A stretch of DNA of 53,563 nucleotides from an uncultured bacterium (GCA_965603705.1 CBFDDY010000001.1:1-53563); one strand, 5' to 3'. Shown: positions 9,714 through 19,607, numbered from the stretch's first letter. Notes: generated by a model from the letters alone, not told the origin. Numbers and translations are program-made.

Positions 9714-9762
9714 CAGAATAGGGGAAAAACGGAGAAAATTAAGTTCGTTTTAAGCAGATTGA

Positions 9763-10446
9763 CTATTTTTGAAACTTGTAACCGGACCAGGGTACCGTGA
9801 TGATATGGGAAGGCTGGGCGGGATTATTCTCGATCTTTTGCCGCAAACTGTGGATAAAAGTATCGATTGTCCTTGTTGTGGGGAACTTATCATATCCCCA
9901 AACCTCATTGAGAATAGTTTCCCTGCTCACTACATCTCCCTTACGGGAAAATAGGAGCTTAAGAAGGCCATATTCCTTGCTTGTTAGATAAAGGTCTTTT
10001 TTTCCTTTTGAGGCAACTTGCTTTTTAAAATTAATGTATACATCCCCAAAAGAGCAATCTTCAACATCCGGCGCAGCAGGCTTTGAGCGGCGCAGCACAG
10101 CATTTATCCTGGCGAGAAGTTCTTTTGTCCCAAAAGGCTTGGTGAGGTAATCATCTGCTCCGAGCTCAAGCCCTAAGACTTTGTCAATCTCATCTTTTTT
10201 CTCTCCTGTCAGGATAATAATCGGCATCATAATTCCTTTGATCCGCAGCCTCTTGCAGATTTCCAGGCCACTTAAAGAAGGCAGGTTTAAATCTAGAACA
10301 ATCAAATCAATTTTTTCCTGGCAGGCGAGCTGAAAACCCTTTTCTCCATCCGTAGCTGTTGTAACTTTAAAGTTTTCTACATCAAGAAAAGACTTTAAAG
10401 TCTCAAGTAAGGCTTTATCGTCTTCAATGATCAAGATATTTTTCAT
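9763..10446 (-). CDS. OmpR/PhoB-family response regulator
   Basis: 227 aa. Receiver domain (IIEDD...DLIVLDLNLP...TKPF) plus a winged-helix C-terminal domain (LTSKEYGLLKLL...VWGY...RTIDTFIHSLRQKI). 4-nt overlap with the upstream kinase gene. Confidence 0.9.
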   Translation of the reverse strand: MKNILIIEDDKALLETLKSFLDVENFKVTTATDGEKGFQLACQEKIDLIVLDLNLPSLSGLEICKRLRIKGIMMPIIILTGEKKDEIDKVLGLELGADDYLTKPFGTKELLARINAVLRRSKPAAPDVEDCSFGDVYINFKKQVASKGKKDLYLTSKEYGLLKLLFSRKGDVVSRETILNEVWGYDKFPTTRTIDTFIHSLRQKIENNPAQPSHIITVPWSGYKFQK

Positions 10447-12860
10447 GGTTTTGGGAATATCAAGCTGAAAGTACTGCCTTTTTTGAGTTGACTTTCAACT
10501 ATGATTTCTCCTTTATGCGCTTCCATGATGTGCTTGACAATTTTCAGTCCCAGCCCCACTCCTTTTGGATTGTGGAGGCTCGCTTCAGCATGCCTGTAAA
10601 ATTTCTCGAATACCTTCCGGATCTCTCCTGAAGGGATTCCAATTCCTTTATCTTTAACTTGAATTTTGACCCTTTTTTCTTCCTCAATAAGCTGGATTAT
10701 GATTTCCTTTTTATCTAATGAATATTTTATAGCATTATCAATGAGATTAATCAATGCCTCTCTTACGGCATCCTTGTCTATCTTGAGAAAGAGAGGATTT
10801 TCAGGTAATTTAACCTTTAGATCATACCCATCTGATTCCACTCTGTATAAAAAAAGTTTAACAGCTTCTTTTATAACTAACTGTATTTCAACCTTTTGAA
10901 AATTATATGTTTTAACCTGCTGTTCAATCTTGCCAAAATCAAGGATATTGTGCAGGAATCGCGAAAGATGGCTGCTTTCACTGGCCACAAGGTTTATAAG
11001 TTCATTCTGCTTTGCTTTATCCTTTATCTTTCCTTCCCGGAGAATCTCAGCCAGCCCTTGGATGGAACTCATTGGAGTTCGAAGCTCGTGGGATACAGAT
11101 GAGATAAACTCAGTTTTTAGGCGGTTGAGCTCATCCAGTTTCTCATTTTCCACTCTTTCATAAATCACTTCTTCCTGAAGCCTGATCCTTTCAAGGTTTA
11201 AAGCCAGTTCCCGAGCCATAGTGAGTAATAGCTCAATGTCATCCCGCCTGAATCTCTCGCCCGATTTTTTCTTGCCAATCGATAAAAATCCAGCCAAATC
11301 AGACGATTTGAAAAAGAGAGGAATGACCAACTCGATCTTTTTCTCCTCGAATGTTCTCTCATGTGAAAAGTCCATGTTTTCTTCCGTACGAGCAGCCCTT
11401 TTTCTGGCAAATATTTTATCAGAATGGATAAAAAAAGAAGCTAGATATTTAAGGTCTTTTTCGCCATTTTTTTGAATCAAAAGCTGGGGCTTTCCAAAAT
11501 CCACTGAATAAATATAGACTCCGATATATTCCAGAGGTAAAGCGTCTTTTATCTTTGTTATAAAAAATTCGATAAGTTGACCACTGTTTGCTATCTTGTA
11601 AGCTCTCCCACTGAAACTGAGAATGCTTTTTTTGTAGTCAAAACTCACACGGAAAAATGCTTTATCCACTATCGTCTGAATTTTTCTGCGGGCAGGATGA
11701 AAAGCTACCGCAGCTGCAAGAGCTCCGATAACAGAAACGGCTGTTTTATGAGCAGAAAAAAAACTTGAAAAAATATTTTGAAGAAGCGCTACAAAAAAGA
11801 GATAAACACTGACCGTAAACACAGTCAGAATGAAATAGATTATGCTGCGGTTGATAACCAGTTCTACATCCATCAGCTTAAACTTAACAATGGAAAAGGC
11901 AAAGGAAAGAGGGACAAGAATCAAAAACAAGATAGAAAATTCTTCAGGGATCAGGGGTTCCCCTCTTATTACCAGGGGGAACTGGTATAATAGGATAAAG
12001 GGTCCCAGACCGATAAAAAGGCCATAAAAAATCCATTTTACCTGAGCCCGCTCTTCCTCCAGGAAAGTTTTTGTATAGATAATAAAAAGATGTAAAATTG
12101 CAAGAAGGACAAATACAACCAAGTAAAAACGAAGGGCAATATAAACAGATTGATAAACCCTGTATGTTGCGATAGAAGAATTTTGACTCGAATAAAGGAA
12201 TAAAGCCTCTAGAACTCCCGCAAAAATCAAAGCCGGACAGTAAATAACCAGCCTGCTTATTTTAGCTTGGCTCCTTGAGAAAAAAAGAGAAAAATGAAAA
12301 AGCAGAGCGGGCGCCAAAGGATAAAAAAAATAAAACAAAATCCCGGGGAGAAAAGAAAGCCAGTCCTCTCGCATGCACTGATACCCTCCGCTTATGATGA
12401 TAGGCGAAGTAAACGCTAAAGAACCCCAATAAAAAATGCGGGCTCTTATGTCTCCAGCGCGGAGAAAAAAAACCACAACACCTATGCCAAAACTGATAAG
12501 CCCTATAAGGAGATAGATAAAGGGAAAGGGCATCTGGGAATAGTAAGGAATGAGTTGAGCTTCTTTCTCTTCAATTTTATCATTGATCTTAAGGGAGAGG
12601 ATCACCCAATCTCCAATGGTCTTCTGGCTCATAATAAACTCGAGGTCCATAACACGCTTAATTTCTATACCATCTATCTGAATCTTCAGATTTTCTTCTT
12701 GAACGATGTTCTTGATATTCATTTCCAGCTGTCGTTCTGGAAAAATTTCATCGATCGGAGGAAGACCGGGGCGCTGGCGAAGTAAAAAGAATCCATAAAT
12801 GCTTATAAGGATGATTATAATTCCTGCGAATAAAGAGAGAAAAAACGGTGCCTTTTTCAT
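10443..12860 (-). CDS. Sensor histidine kinase with a large multi-TM N-terminal domain
   Basis: 805 aa. About 9-10 TM helices in the first ~400 aa, then a GAF-like linker, the H-box SHELRTPMSSIQG, the N-box LIDNAIKYS and G-boxes DKGIGI / GVGLGL. Confidence 0.85.
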   Translation of the reverse strand: MKKAPFFLSLFAGIIIILISIYGFFLLRQRPGLPPIDEIFPERQLEMNIKNIVQEENLKIQIDGIEIKRVMDLEFIMSQKTIGDWVILSLKINDKIEEKEAQLIPYYSQMPFPFIYLLIGLISFGIGVVVFFLRAGDIRARIFYWGSLAFTSPIIISGGYQCMREDWLSFLPGILFYFFYPLAPALLFHFSLFFSRSQAKISRLVIYCPALIFAGVLEALFLYSSQNSSIATYRVYQSVYIALRFYLVVFVLLAILHLFIIYTKTFLEEERAQVKWIFYGLFIGLGPFILLYQFPLVIRGEPLIPEEFSILFLILVPLSFAFSIVKFKLMDVELVINRSIIYFILTVFTVSVYLFFVALLQNIFSSFFSAHKTAVSVIGALAAAVAFHPARRKIQTIVDKAFFRVSFDYKKSILSFSGRAYKIANSGQLIEFFITKIKDALPLEYIGVYIYSVDFGKPQLLIQKNGEKDLKYLASFFIHSDKIFARKRAARTEENMDFSHERTFEEKKIELVIPLFFKSSDLAGFLSIGKKKSGERFRRDDIELLLTMARELALNLERIRLQEEVIYERVENEKLDELNRLKTEFISSVSHELRTPMSSIQGLAEILREGKIKDKAKQNELINLVASESSHLSRFLHNILDFGKIEQQVKTYNFQKVEIQLVIKEAVKLFLYRVESDGYDLKVKLPENPLFLKIDKDAVREALINLIDNAIKYSLDKKEIIIQLIEEEKRVKIQVKDKGIGIPSGEIRKVFEKFYRHAEASLHNPKGVGLGLKIVKHIMEAHKGEIIVESQLKKGSTFSLIFPKP

Positions 12861-13004
12861 CCTGTGGTTTTCCCTTTTACCTGGGCCAACTATAACATTT
12901 TGCTTTCTTTAATGTCAAACAGAAGCAAGCGACTATACTGAAGAAGTATCGTTTGTTCTATGACATCCTGATTTTTTCCCATGTTAAGGTGGGATCACAA
13001 ATCA

Positions 13005-16000
13005 TTACTTAACCAAGATCCACTTATCCGCTTCTTTTTTAAGGGTCAATACCGCTTTTTTTGCAGGACTGATAGTTACACTTTGCTCCAACGACTCCGG
13101 CTGCAGCAGCAGCTTTAATGTGTAGGTTCCTTCTATTATCTCAACCGGTTCTCCTCCGACAGCGCCCCGTGCTTTGATTTCTCCCTGCTCATCCAGCAGC
13201 ACAAATTCAACCTGAAGCGTTTGCTCCAGAGAATCCAAAAGCTGTTCGGAGTCTTTAGCATCCAAGTAGATCCCGCCGGTTGAAGCAGCGATCGCCTCCA
13301 ACTGTTTGCGGGCATCGACTTCCTTAATGTCAAAACCCACAATATTGACCTGAAGATCAAGCCCAGCCCCTTGTAAAGCCATGGCTATTGAATTGATGTC
13401 CCCATCACAACTTTCCACGCCATCACTGATAAGAACAATGGTCCCTCCCTTTAACTCCTTAAAATCCTTGATCCCTTCCAAAACCGAATGGACCAGCGGG
13501 GTTTTTCCCCGGGGAGTGATCTTGTTAACTGCTTCGACCAGCTGCTTTTTATTGATAGGGCCAATAGGAGCGACCAGTTCCGTATCCTGACAAGCACGGC
13601 TGTTTTTCAAATTATAACGGTGCCCATAAAGGCGCAGACCCACATTCATCTCGTCAGGCAGACCATTGATGATCTGGTTTAGAACTTCCTTTGCGATCAC
13701 GATCTTGGCTTTTCCCTGGATCTGGCCCCACATGGAATTGGAGGCATCAAGAATAAGCTCAACATTTTTGGCGGCCTTTTTCTCGGCTCCCTTTTCAAAC
13801 CGAACCTCAACCAATCCAGGTTTCTGCTCGGTTTGAATCCACTCGGCCTTGAGCCGGTAGGCAACCGGCGCAGTAAGCTGTTTAAAAATCTGATCAGCAC
13901 TTTCTTCGACTTTATCGGGTGTTGGCGAGTAATAATACTGTCCGCTGCTGGCAAAAGCGATCTCCTTGAATATCCGCTGTCGGGTGTTCCCAAAATAAGA
14001 AGTGGCCTTATCCCATCTACGCTGGACCGCAATAGTGGAAAAGCTTATCCCGGAATCCAGGATCGCATCCCACAAGTCGATATAATTTTGCAGACAGGTA
14101 CTTCCCGAGCAGTCAACAACATCAAATATCGCCAACACGGCCCGATTTCCTGGCTGCGCTTGTACGCTTCTCACCGCTGCGCCCAGCCCTTTGAACGTGT
14201 CGGTTCCCCCTCCTCCTTTAACCTCTTTTTCCAGGGCTTGTTTCAACAGGGGAGCATCATGGGTAAAGCCGGATAGAAAATGAGGTTCAGAAGTGTATTT
14301 CATGAGCTGCAGATTCAATCCTTGGCCAAGATTATCCAAATAACTCCCAAGTATTCGCTTTACAATACCGACACTTTTACTCATACTGCTGCTGTCATCA
14401 AACACGATAGTCAAATATGATTCAGGACGGTCAATTCTGAGAAAATAATCATCTTGGGCCAGCTGATATGTGACTTCTGTGTTATTAGCCACAGAGATTT
14501 CCCGGATGGGATCGATCTTTATGCTTTCTGAGGTCATAAGGGAATATCCAGGCCGCATCATACCAAGATTGTTGATGTATATAGTCAGGGTATTTCCCGG
14601 TTGGTTTTTTAAGGCAATTTTATAATAGTCGATATCTTCTCTGGCAGCCTCCCCACCCAAAAAAGCAGACAAAGGCAGCGCCTGGGCCTGCTCAAGAGAA
14701 TTGTTCGGCTCTTTCTCCTGGATTTGGACCTCGCCAAGTGTCTCTTCCCCGGGCTGGCGTATACTCAATTCCTTAAAATATCCTTTAACAAACATCTCAT
14801 GAATTTCCAATTTTTTGGCATCTGCACCTTGAGAGATTTGCATCTTAAGATATTTGGCTCTAGTGGGCGGCACGGCAAATTCCTGGTAGCTATCACGTTC
14901 CGGCTGGATGGAAATGGTTTCCAAGGGGGAAAATTCCGATTTTGGGGTATGATTGGAGACCCAAAAATTTATCTCTTTGGGAAAACGTCTTGAGCGAAGC
15001 TTAAAGCCGATCCGGTGGATCTCAACAAATCTCCCCTGAGGAAAACAGAAAACCGCTTCCTGGGGAAGGCTGTCCCGGGAATAATCCACATCATAGGTGC
15101 TTGCGCAGTTATCATCCTGGAAAAGCAAATGGTCAATCAAATCATCAAATTTGTCACCCTTAGGAAGAGTTTCTCGATAAATGACCGCGGCTCCCCTTCG
15201 GGAAGCCAAAATATCCTGCAATTCCCTATCCGGCAGGCTGGTTTCTTCTATAGAAACCACCTGGTATTTGTCAAAATTGATGACACCGACATTCAAAGCC
15301 GAAGTTCCCAGGCCCACCTTGCCGGAGACCGGATTTTCAACATTCAAATCAAAAATTATTTTATTGTCGAATCTAAACAGAATCCGATGTCGCCCAGAAT
15401 CTAACTTTAAGGGAAACCACTGCTTTCGGGGACATACAACGGCAGCGAATGCCAGTATCTCAAAACCCTGGGGAGTATGTCTTCCTAACTCAAAACGATT
15501 CTTCTGGAAATTATATCCCGCCATATAGTAATTATCAGAATCCTTATAACCAAAAACAAAACCGGAAAGATTTCCATCACTCCGCACCGCATAGAGGTTG
15601 GTCAGGAGAGAGTAGCCAGTCCAGCCTTGATCTCCTGTCAGGAGAAAAGTGGCCGGATGATCAAAGGCGTTGTAGATATCCGAGAATTCAGAGAGAACCA
15701 CAGCCCATTGGCTGTCTTCATCATTAGCATCAGGATCATTCCAGATTTGCCAATGATCGAGATTGCCTGAGGAAAAATCATCTTCAAACATGATTTTACC
15801 GGGTGGACCGGCCGATAACCCTGAGGTAGATCCTGTGGTTTGGGGGGAACCCTCGTGAAATCCTTTAACAAATATTTCGTTTATCTGCACATAATTTTCG
15901 TTCACTGAGGAGAGAATCCGAATTTTTAAATACTTGGCTTTAATCCCCTCGAATTTGTATTCCTGATAACTTTTTTTCTCAGGTTTAATTTGAAATTTAC

Positions 16001-16952
16001 CTAGAGATTCAAACATTTCATCTTGATTCTGCTCAGACACCAGGAATTCTATTTCTCCCGGAAAATATCTACCTTCCAATTGCAGACCAATACTGTGAAT
16101 CTCGACCGGCTTTTCCTGGGGAAATACATAAATCCCTTCAAGAGGAAGCGGGGTTTTTTGGATATTTATCGACATAGAAGAACCGGGATGAACCTCATCC
16201 TTATCCATATAGAAATTATGGTCGATCACAACTTTAAAGGCATTTTTTTCAATTCCTGAAACGATCTGGGCACCACGATGTAGAGCCAGCAGATCCTGCT
16301 TATCCCGGGAAGGTAAGGAGGAGGAATCTAAGGAAAATACCCTCACAGGCCCGAACAATACCCGCGAACCTTGCAGTCCGGAAATCCCCAATCCAAATCC
16401 TCCCTGGGTATAACGACCGTCGTTTATATCAAAGATAACACGCTCATTGGCACTGAAGCAGATACGATCACCCCCAAAATCCAAGCGGATCGGGATATCA
16501 ACTCCCGGGAGAAAATCGACCTTATGAAACGCCAGCAGTTCAAATCCCCCAGTAGTGCGAACCATAAATTCAAAACGCCGCTTGTAAAAATTGTATCCAA
16601 CAATAAAAAAATGCTCCGGATCCTGGTACCCACAGATAATGCCAACCAAGTAACCCTGGACAGCAGCCATATGCAGCGAGGTTTTCACAGTATAGTTCTT
16701 CCAGGTTTTTTCTCCGGCCAGAAGAGCTGTTGCCATGATATTTTCTCGGTTGGAAAATCCGGAAAGCTCAGTCAAGCCAAACCGCCAATTACCAGGGCCC
16801 CTCTTGGTTTCCGGATCATCCACAATCTCCCAATTCTCCTTAAGGTCTGAAAAATTACTTTTAAACAGGATCTTTTGAGCATTGAGGTTTCCTGTAAAAC
16901 ATAGAAGCAATATCAGAGCAATAAAAATCCAAATGATTTTATTTCCACTCAT
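13005..16952 (-). CDS. Large secreted multidomain protein: 2 x (lectin/DUF1080-like + discoidin-like) modules, a PPC-like domain and two von Willebrand factor A domains
   Basis: 1315 aa. Signal peptide MSGNKIIWIFIALILLLCFTGNLNA. EPNNSLEQAQAL...DIDYYKI resembles a pre-peptidase C-terminal domain. Two MIDAS DxSxS motifs (FDDSSSMS about residue 852; LDASNSMWG about residue 1069) with downstream SDG. Confidence 0.75.
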   Translation of the reverse strand: MSGNKIIWIFIALILLLCFTGNLNAQKILFKSNFSDLKENWEIVDDPETKRGPGNWRFGLTELSGFSNRENIMATALLAGEKTWKNYTVKTSLHMAAVQGYLVGIICGYQDPEHFFIVGYNFYKRRFEFMVRTTGGFELLAFHKVDFLPGVDIPIRLDFGGDRICFSANERVIFDINDGRYTQGGFGLGISGLQGSRVLFGPVRVFSLDSSSLPSRDKQDLLALHRGAQIVSGIEKNAFKVVIDHNFYMDKDEVHPGSSMSINIQKTPLPLEGIYVFPQEKPVEIHSIGLQLEGRYFPGEIEFLVSEQNQDEMFESLGKFQIKPEKKSYQEYKFEGIKAKYLKIRILSSVNENYVQINEIFVKGFHEGSPQTTGSTSGLSAGPPGKIMFEDDFSSGNLDHWQIWNDPDANDEDSQWAVVLSEFSDIYNAFDHPATFLLTGDQGWTGYSLLTNLYAVRSDGNLSGFVFGYKDSDNYYMAGYNFQKNRFELGRHTPQGFEILAFAAVVCPRKQWFPLKLDSGRHRILFRFDNKIIFDLNVENPVSGKVGLGTSALNVGVINFDKYQVVSIEETSLPDRELQDILASRRGAAVIYRETLPKGDKFDDLIDHLLFQDDNCASTYDVDYSRDSLPQEAVFCFPQGRFVEIHRIGFKLRSRRFPKEINFWVSNHTPKSEFSPLETISIQPERDSYQEFAVPPTRAKYLKMQISQGADAKKLEIHEMFVKGYFKELSIRQPGEETLGEVQIQEKEPNNSLEQAQALPLSAFLGGEAAREDIDYYKIALKNQPGNTLTIYINNLGMMRPGYSLMTSESIKIDPIREISVANNTEVTYQLAQDDYFLRIDRPESYLTIVFDDSSSMSKSVGIVKRILGSYLDNLGQGLNLQLMKYTSEPHFLSGFTHDAPLLKQALEKEVKGGGGTDTFKGLGAAVRSVQAQPGNRAVLAIFDVVDCSGSTCLQNYIDLWDAILDSGISFSTIAVQRRWDKATSYFGNTRQRIFKEIAFASSGQYYYSPTPDKVEESADQIFKQLTAPVAYRLKAEWIQTEQKPGLVEVRFEKGAEKKAAKNVELILDASNSMWGQIQGKAKIVIAKEVLNQIINGLPDEMNVGLRLYGHRYNLKNSRACQDTELVAPIGPINKKQLVEAVNKITPRGKTPLVHSVLEGIKDFKELKGGTIVLISDGVESCDGDINSIAMALQGAGLDLQVNIVGFDIKEVDARKQLEAIAASTGGIYLDAKDSEQLLDSLEQTLQVEFVLLDEQGEIKARGAVGGEPVEIIEGTYTLKLLLQPESLEQSVTISPAKKAVLTLKKEADKWILVK
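14778..16874 (-). repeat. Intragenic tandem duplication of a ~340-aa module inside the vWA protein (residues ~27-365 and ~387-725)
   Basis: Colinear matches between the two halves: ILFKSNFSDLKENWEIVDDP / IMFEDDFSSGNLDHWQIWNDP; GYNFYKRRFEFMVRTTGGFELLAF / GYNFQKNRFELGRHTPQGFEILAF; SLPSRDKQDLLALHRGAQIV / SLPDRELQDILASRRGAAVI; KAKYLKIRILS...INEIFVKGF / RAKYLKMQISQ...IHEMFVKGY. Confidence 0.7.
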
Positions 16953-16995
16953 TCTATCTCCCTATTTTTTTGATTGTATGCAGCCTTAAGAAAAA

Positions 16996-19164
16996 TCAAT
17001 CATACTTGCTCAGGTAATAATTCAAGATCGAGGTCGAAGCACAGGCAAACCCTTTGGCAAAGGCCTGACACCATCCCATATCGATCTTCACTCCTCCATC
17101 AAATCCCAGGGAATATTCCTTTTTGTAGCAGTCTTCTATATCAATGATCGTAGCTGAAGCAATGGTTGCGGAAACGGATTTTTCAAATCCAGGACACATA
17201 TAGGCATTTAGTTCTTTCATGTAAGCCTTTATTTCTTCCAGCGCCGCCTTATTAATTTCACCATATTTAAGGATCATTGTGGCCAGCATCCACTGCGTAT
17301 CCACAGCCCCGGTTATGGCGCCGATCGTAAAACCCATTTTTGAATTCAGCATTCCTTCGGTATCAAGTATGGTCCGCTCAAACATGGCTTGGTGCAGCCC
17401 TGTATCAAGAACACCGGTTGCCTCCCGTGTTTGGGGATCTATCTGCCACCAGCCCCAGCGGTTTTTCCCACTAAAACGGATACTTCTCTCAGGGACGATC
17501 AGGATAAAGCCGGAATCTATGGCTTTTAAAGCCCTGTCCAACACAGGATCAGGCATACCCAGTTTCTCCAGCTCACTCTTTTCCAATTCAGAATAGAACC
17601 GGATTGGAATTTTTCTCTTGGTCGCTTCCTGCATGATAAAAGCCGTGGTTAAAACTTTTTTTTCCAGGAAAAGCTCCAGGACCTTTCCCTCCAACACAGA
17701 TTCGAAAACACCTCTTCCATACAAAAAAGTTTCTTTCATCGCTAATGCCTGTCCAGGATATGGAACTGCAGCTACACTGTCCTGCCTTAGGTCCATACCC
17801 GTTGAAACATTTTTGCCGTCGCCGGCTACAGAGGTTAAAATAATCCGGGGCAGCAAATAATAACTGCAAACAGATAAAGCCTGACCCGCATCCTTAGTTA
17901 AAGAATCCGATGAATACGCAAAAATCATGTTGATCAGGTGTCCTAAATTATCCCCCAATTTTTCTTCCAGAGAAAGGCTTTCTTTTAAAAGTGAGTTCTT
18001 ATCCTTTTTGGATTTTAAACTCTTTTTAATTTCAGCGACTTTCGATTTGACCTGTTTCAGTAAACGGGAATCTGTCACTTTCTCCAGATCTTTTTCCCAG
18101 GACTCAAGCGGAATTGAATTCCCTGAGATAAAAATAGAATGTCTTTGGAAAAGCAGAAACTCGTCCTTTTCCTGAAATTTTTCAAACAAGACTCGTTCGG
18201 TTTCAAGCAAAGGTTTCCCATTGAGAGATAGACAAAAATTGATCCATACACGGCTTAGGGAATCCTTATCCGCTACAGTCTTTGATTTCTCCGGAATCTT
18301 TTCTTCGAATTTTCCCGACACCTCCATCCCTTCTTTGATTTTCAACCGGGCCAGATATTCAGCAGTCAAGCCCTTTTTCCCTTTTTTCCCGGATGCGCTC
18401 CTGCTTAAACCGCCAAAAGCCCCTCCCAGAGTACCCCCAGAGGATGCCTCTTCCTTGGACTCCTGGAAGCTTGTGGAAATAGATAAGGTAACAGGTTGAT
18501 TGGCCATATCCTGCAACTTATGCTCTAGCATCAAGACATCTTCTCTTTTTCCCCCTTTTTCGATACTCAGTGATATTTTCATTTGAGGGAAAACTTCATC
18601 CGGCAGCTTGGTATATGTTTTTTCTACTTCAGCATAGGCTTTTCCCGGTACTGCATCAGAAAAAGTGGGATCAAGGTCAAGCCACTGGTTTTCATTTTTG
18701 ATCTGAACCCAGAAATGATTCTTTACAATCGAAATAAGCTTATTATCCTCATAAGGTTTTGAAAGCGGGATCTCTTGTCCATAGGAAAAATCTTTCTTCT
18801 CCGGAAACATAGATCGTATCAGGTTTGCGGCGTTTTTTTCGCTAAGCCGCCCTGAAACCAAGCGGATATCCCGGCCTTGGTGCTTCAGAACTTCCATCAG
18901 CAGCACAGCCTGTTCCATGGCATTGCCGGAACGTCCCCAAAGCACACCCTGTGAAGACTTTAAAAGATAAGCGGATGGCTCAAAGCGGATGCAATCCTTG
19001 ACATAAACAAAAGCTTTCTGCCAATCCCCCATAAGCTCACGGCTGAGTTCAGAGGAAGATGTATAGACTTTTTGATTTTCATCAGCAAAAGAGACTGATA
19101 CATTCAGCACAACCGTGCTTAAGACATACCCAATAAGAAACAATCTAAAGAAAAATCTGAACAT
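16996..19164 (-). CDS. Secreted or membrane-anchored transglutaminase-like-fold protein (probably non-catalytic)
   Basis: 722 aa with a hydrophobic N-terminus. GRSGNAMEQAVLLMEVLKHQGRDIRLVSG ... NHFWVQIKNENQWLDLDPT matches the transglutaminase-core pattern (G-x-C...H-x-W...W-x-x-D-P-T). Ala stands where the nucleophilic Cys is expected. Confidence 0.5.
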   Translation of the reverse strand: MFRFFFRLFLIGYVLSTVVLNVSVSFADENQKVYTSSSELSRELMGDWQKAFVYVKDCIRFEPSAYLLKSSQGVLWGRSGNAMEQAVLLMEVLKHQGRDIRLVSGRLSEKNAANLIRSMFPEKKDFSYGQEIPLSKPYEDNKLISIVKNHFWVQIKNENQWLDLDPTFSDAVPGKAYAEVEKTYTKLPDEVFPQMKISLSIEKGGKREDVLMLEHKLQDMANQPVTLSISTSFQESKEEASSGGTLGGAFGGLSRSASGKKGKKGLTAEYLARLKIKEGMEVSGKFEEKIPEKSKTVADKDSLSRVWINFCLSLNGKPLLETERVLFEKFQEKDEFLLFQRHSIFISGNSIPLESWEKDLEKVTDSRLLKQVKSKVAEIKKSLKSKKDKNSLLKESLSLEEKLGDNLGHLINMIFAYSSDSLTKDAGQALSVCSYYLLPRIILTSVAGDGKNVSTGMDLRQDSVAAVPYPGQALAMKETFLYGRGVFESVLEGKVLELFLEKKVLTTAFIMQEATKRKIPIRFYSELEKSELEKLGMPDPVLDRALKAIDSGFILIVPERSIRFSGKNRWGWWQIDPQTREATGVLDTGLHQAMFERTILDTEGMLNSKMGFTIGAITGAVDTQWMLATMILKYGEINKAALEEIKAYMKELNAYMCPGFEKSVSATIASATIIDIEDCYKKEYSLGFDGGVKIDMGWCQAFAKGFACASTSILNYYLSKYD

Positions 19165-19292
19165 ATTTCCTCCTCTTACCTAACATAATACACCATAACC
19201 TAGGGCTCCCAGGTTAAAATATCAGGGCACCCTCACTCCTAAAACCTCGAAAGCGTAAGGAGGTAGGAACATCTCCGGTATTAAAGGCCAGC

Positions 19293-19517
19293 TCAAACCG
19301 CAGCGCAACTCCCGGAGGTAAAATAAACGGATCTGGTGGATGGAACAAAAGGGATGCCGTGGCTGACGATCTTGATCCGCGCTGCTTTGTTCGTTTCGTT
19401 TCCGCTTGAAGCAAAGACGGATCTATCCATCAAAAAGGATACTATGAATAATCCAACCGTACCGGTTATTGCTACAGTCCGTAAGAATATATTTTCTGAT
19501 AATAATGATTTGAACAT
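19293..19517 (-). CDS. Hypothetical small membrane/secreted protein (possibly frameshifted)
   Basis: 74-aa ORF with a GAGGGAAGGG Shine-Dalgarno-like tract just upstream of the ATG and one hydrophobic helix (VAITGTVGLFIVSFLM). It overlaps a second ORF (19214-19414) in another frame. No recognisable family. Confidence 0.25.
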   Translation of the reverse strand: MFKSLLSENIFLRTVAITGTVGLFIVSFLMDRSVFASSGNETNKAARIKIVSHGIPFVPSTRSVYFTSGSCAAV

Positions 19518-19607
19518 ATCCCTTCCCTCACATATTTTTAATTATAAAGGAAGATCAAATCTTTAACCAGCGGAACCTTATTTTTTGCAATCACATATTA
19601 TTCTTTT

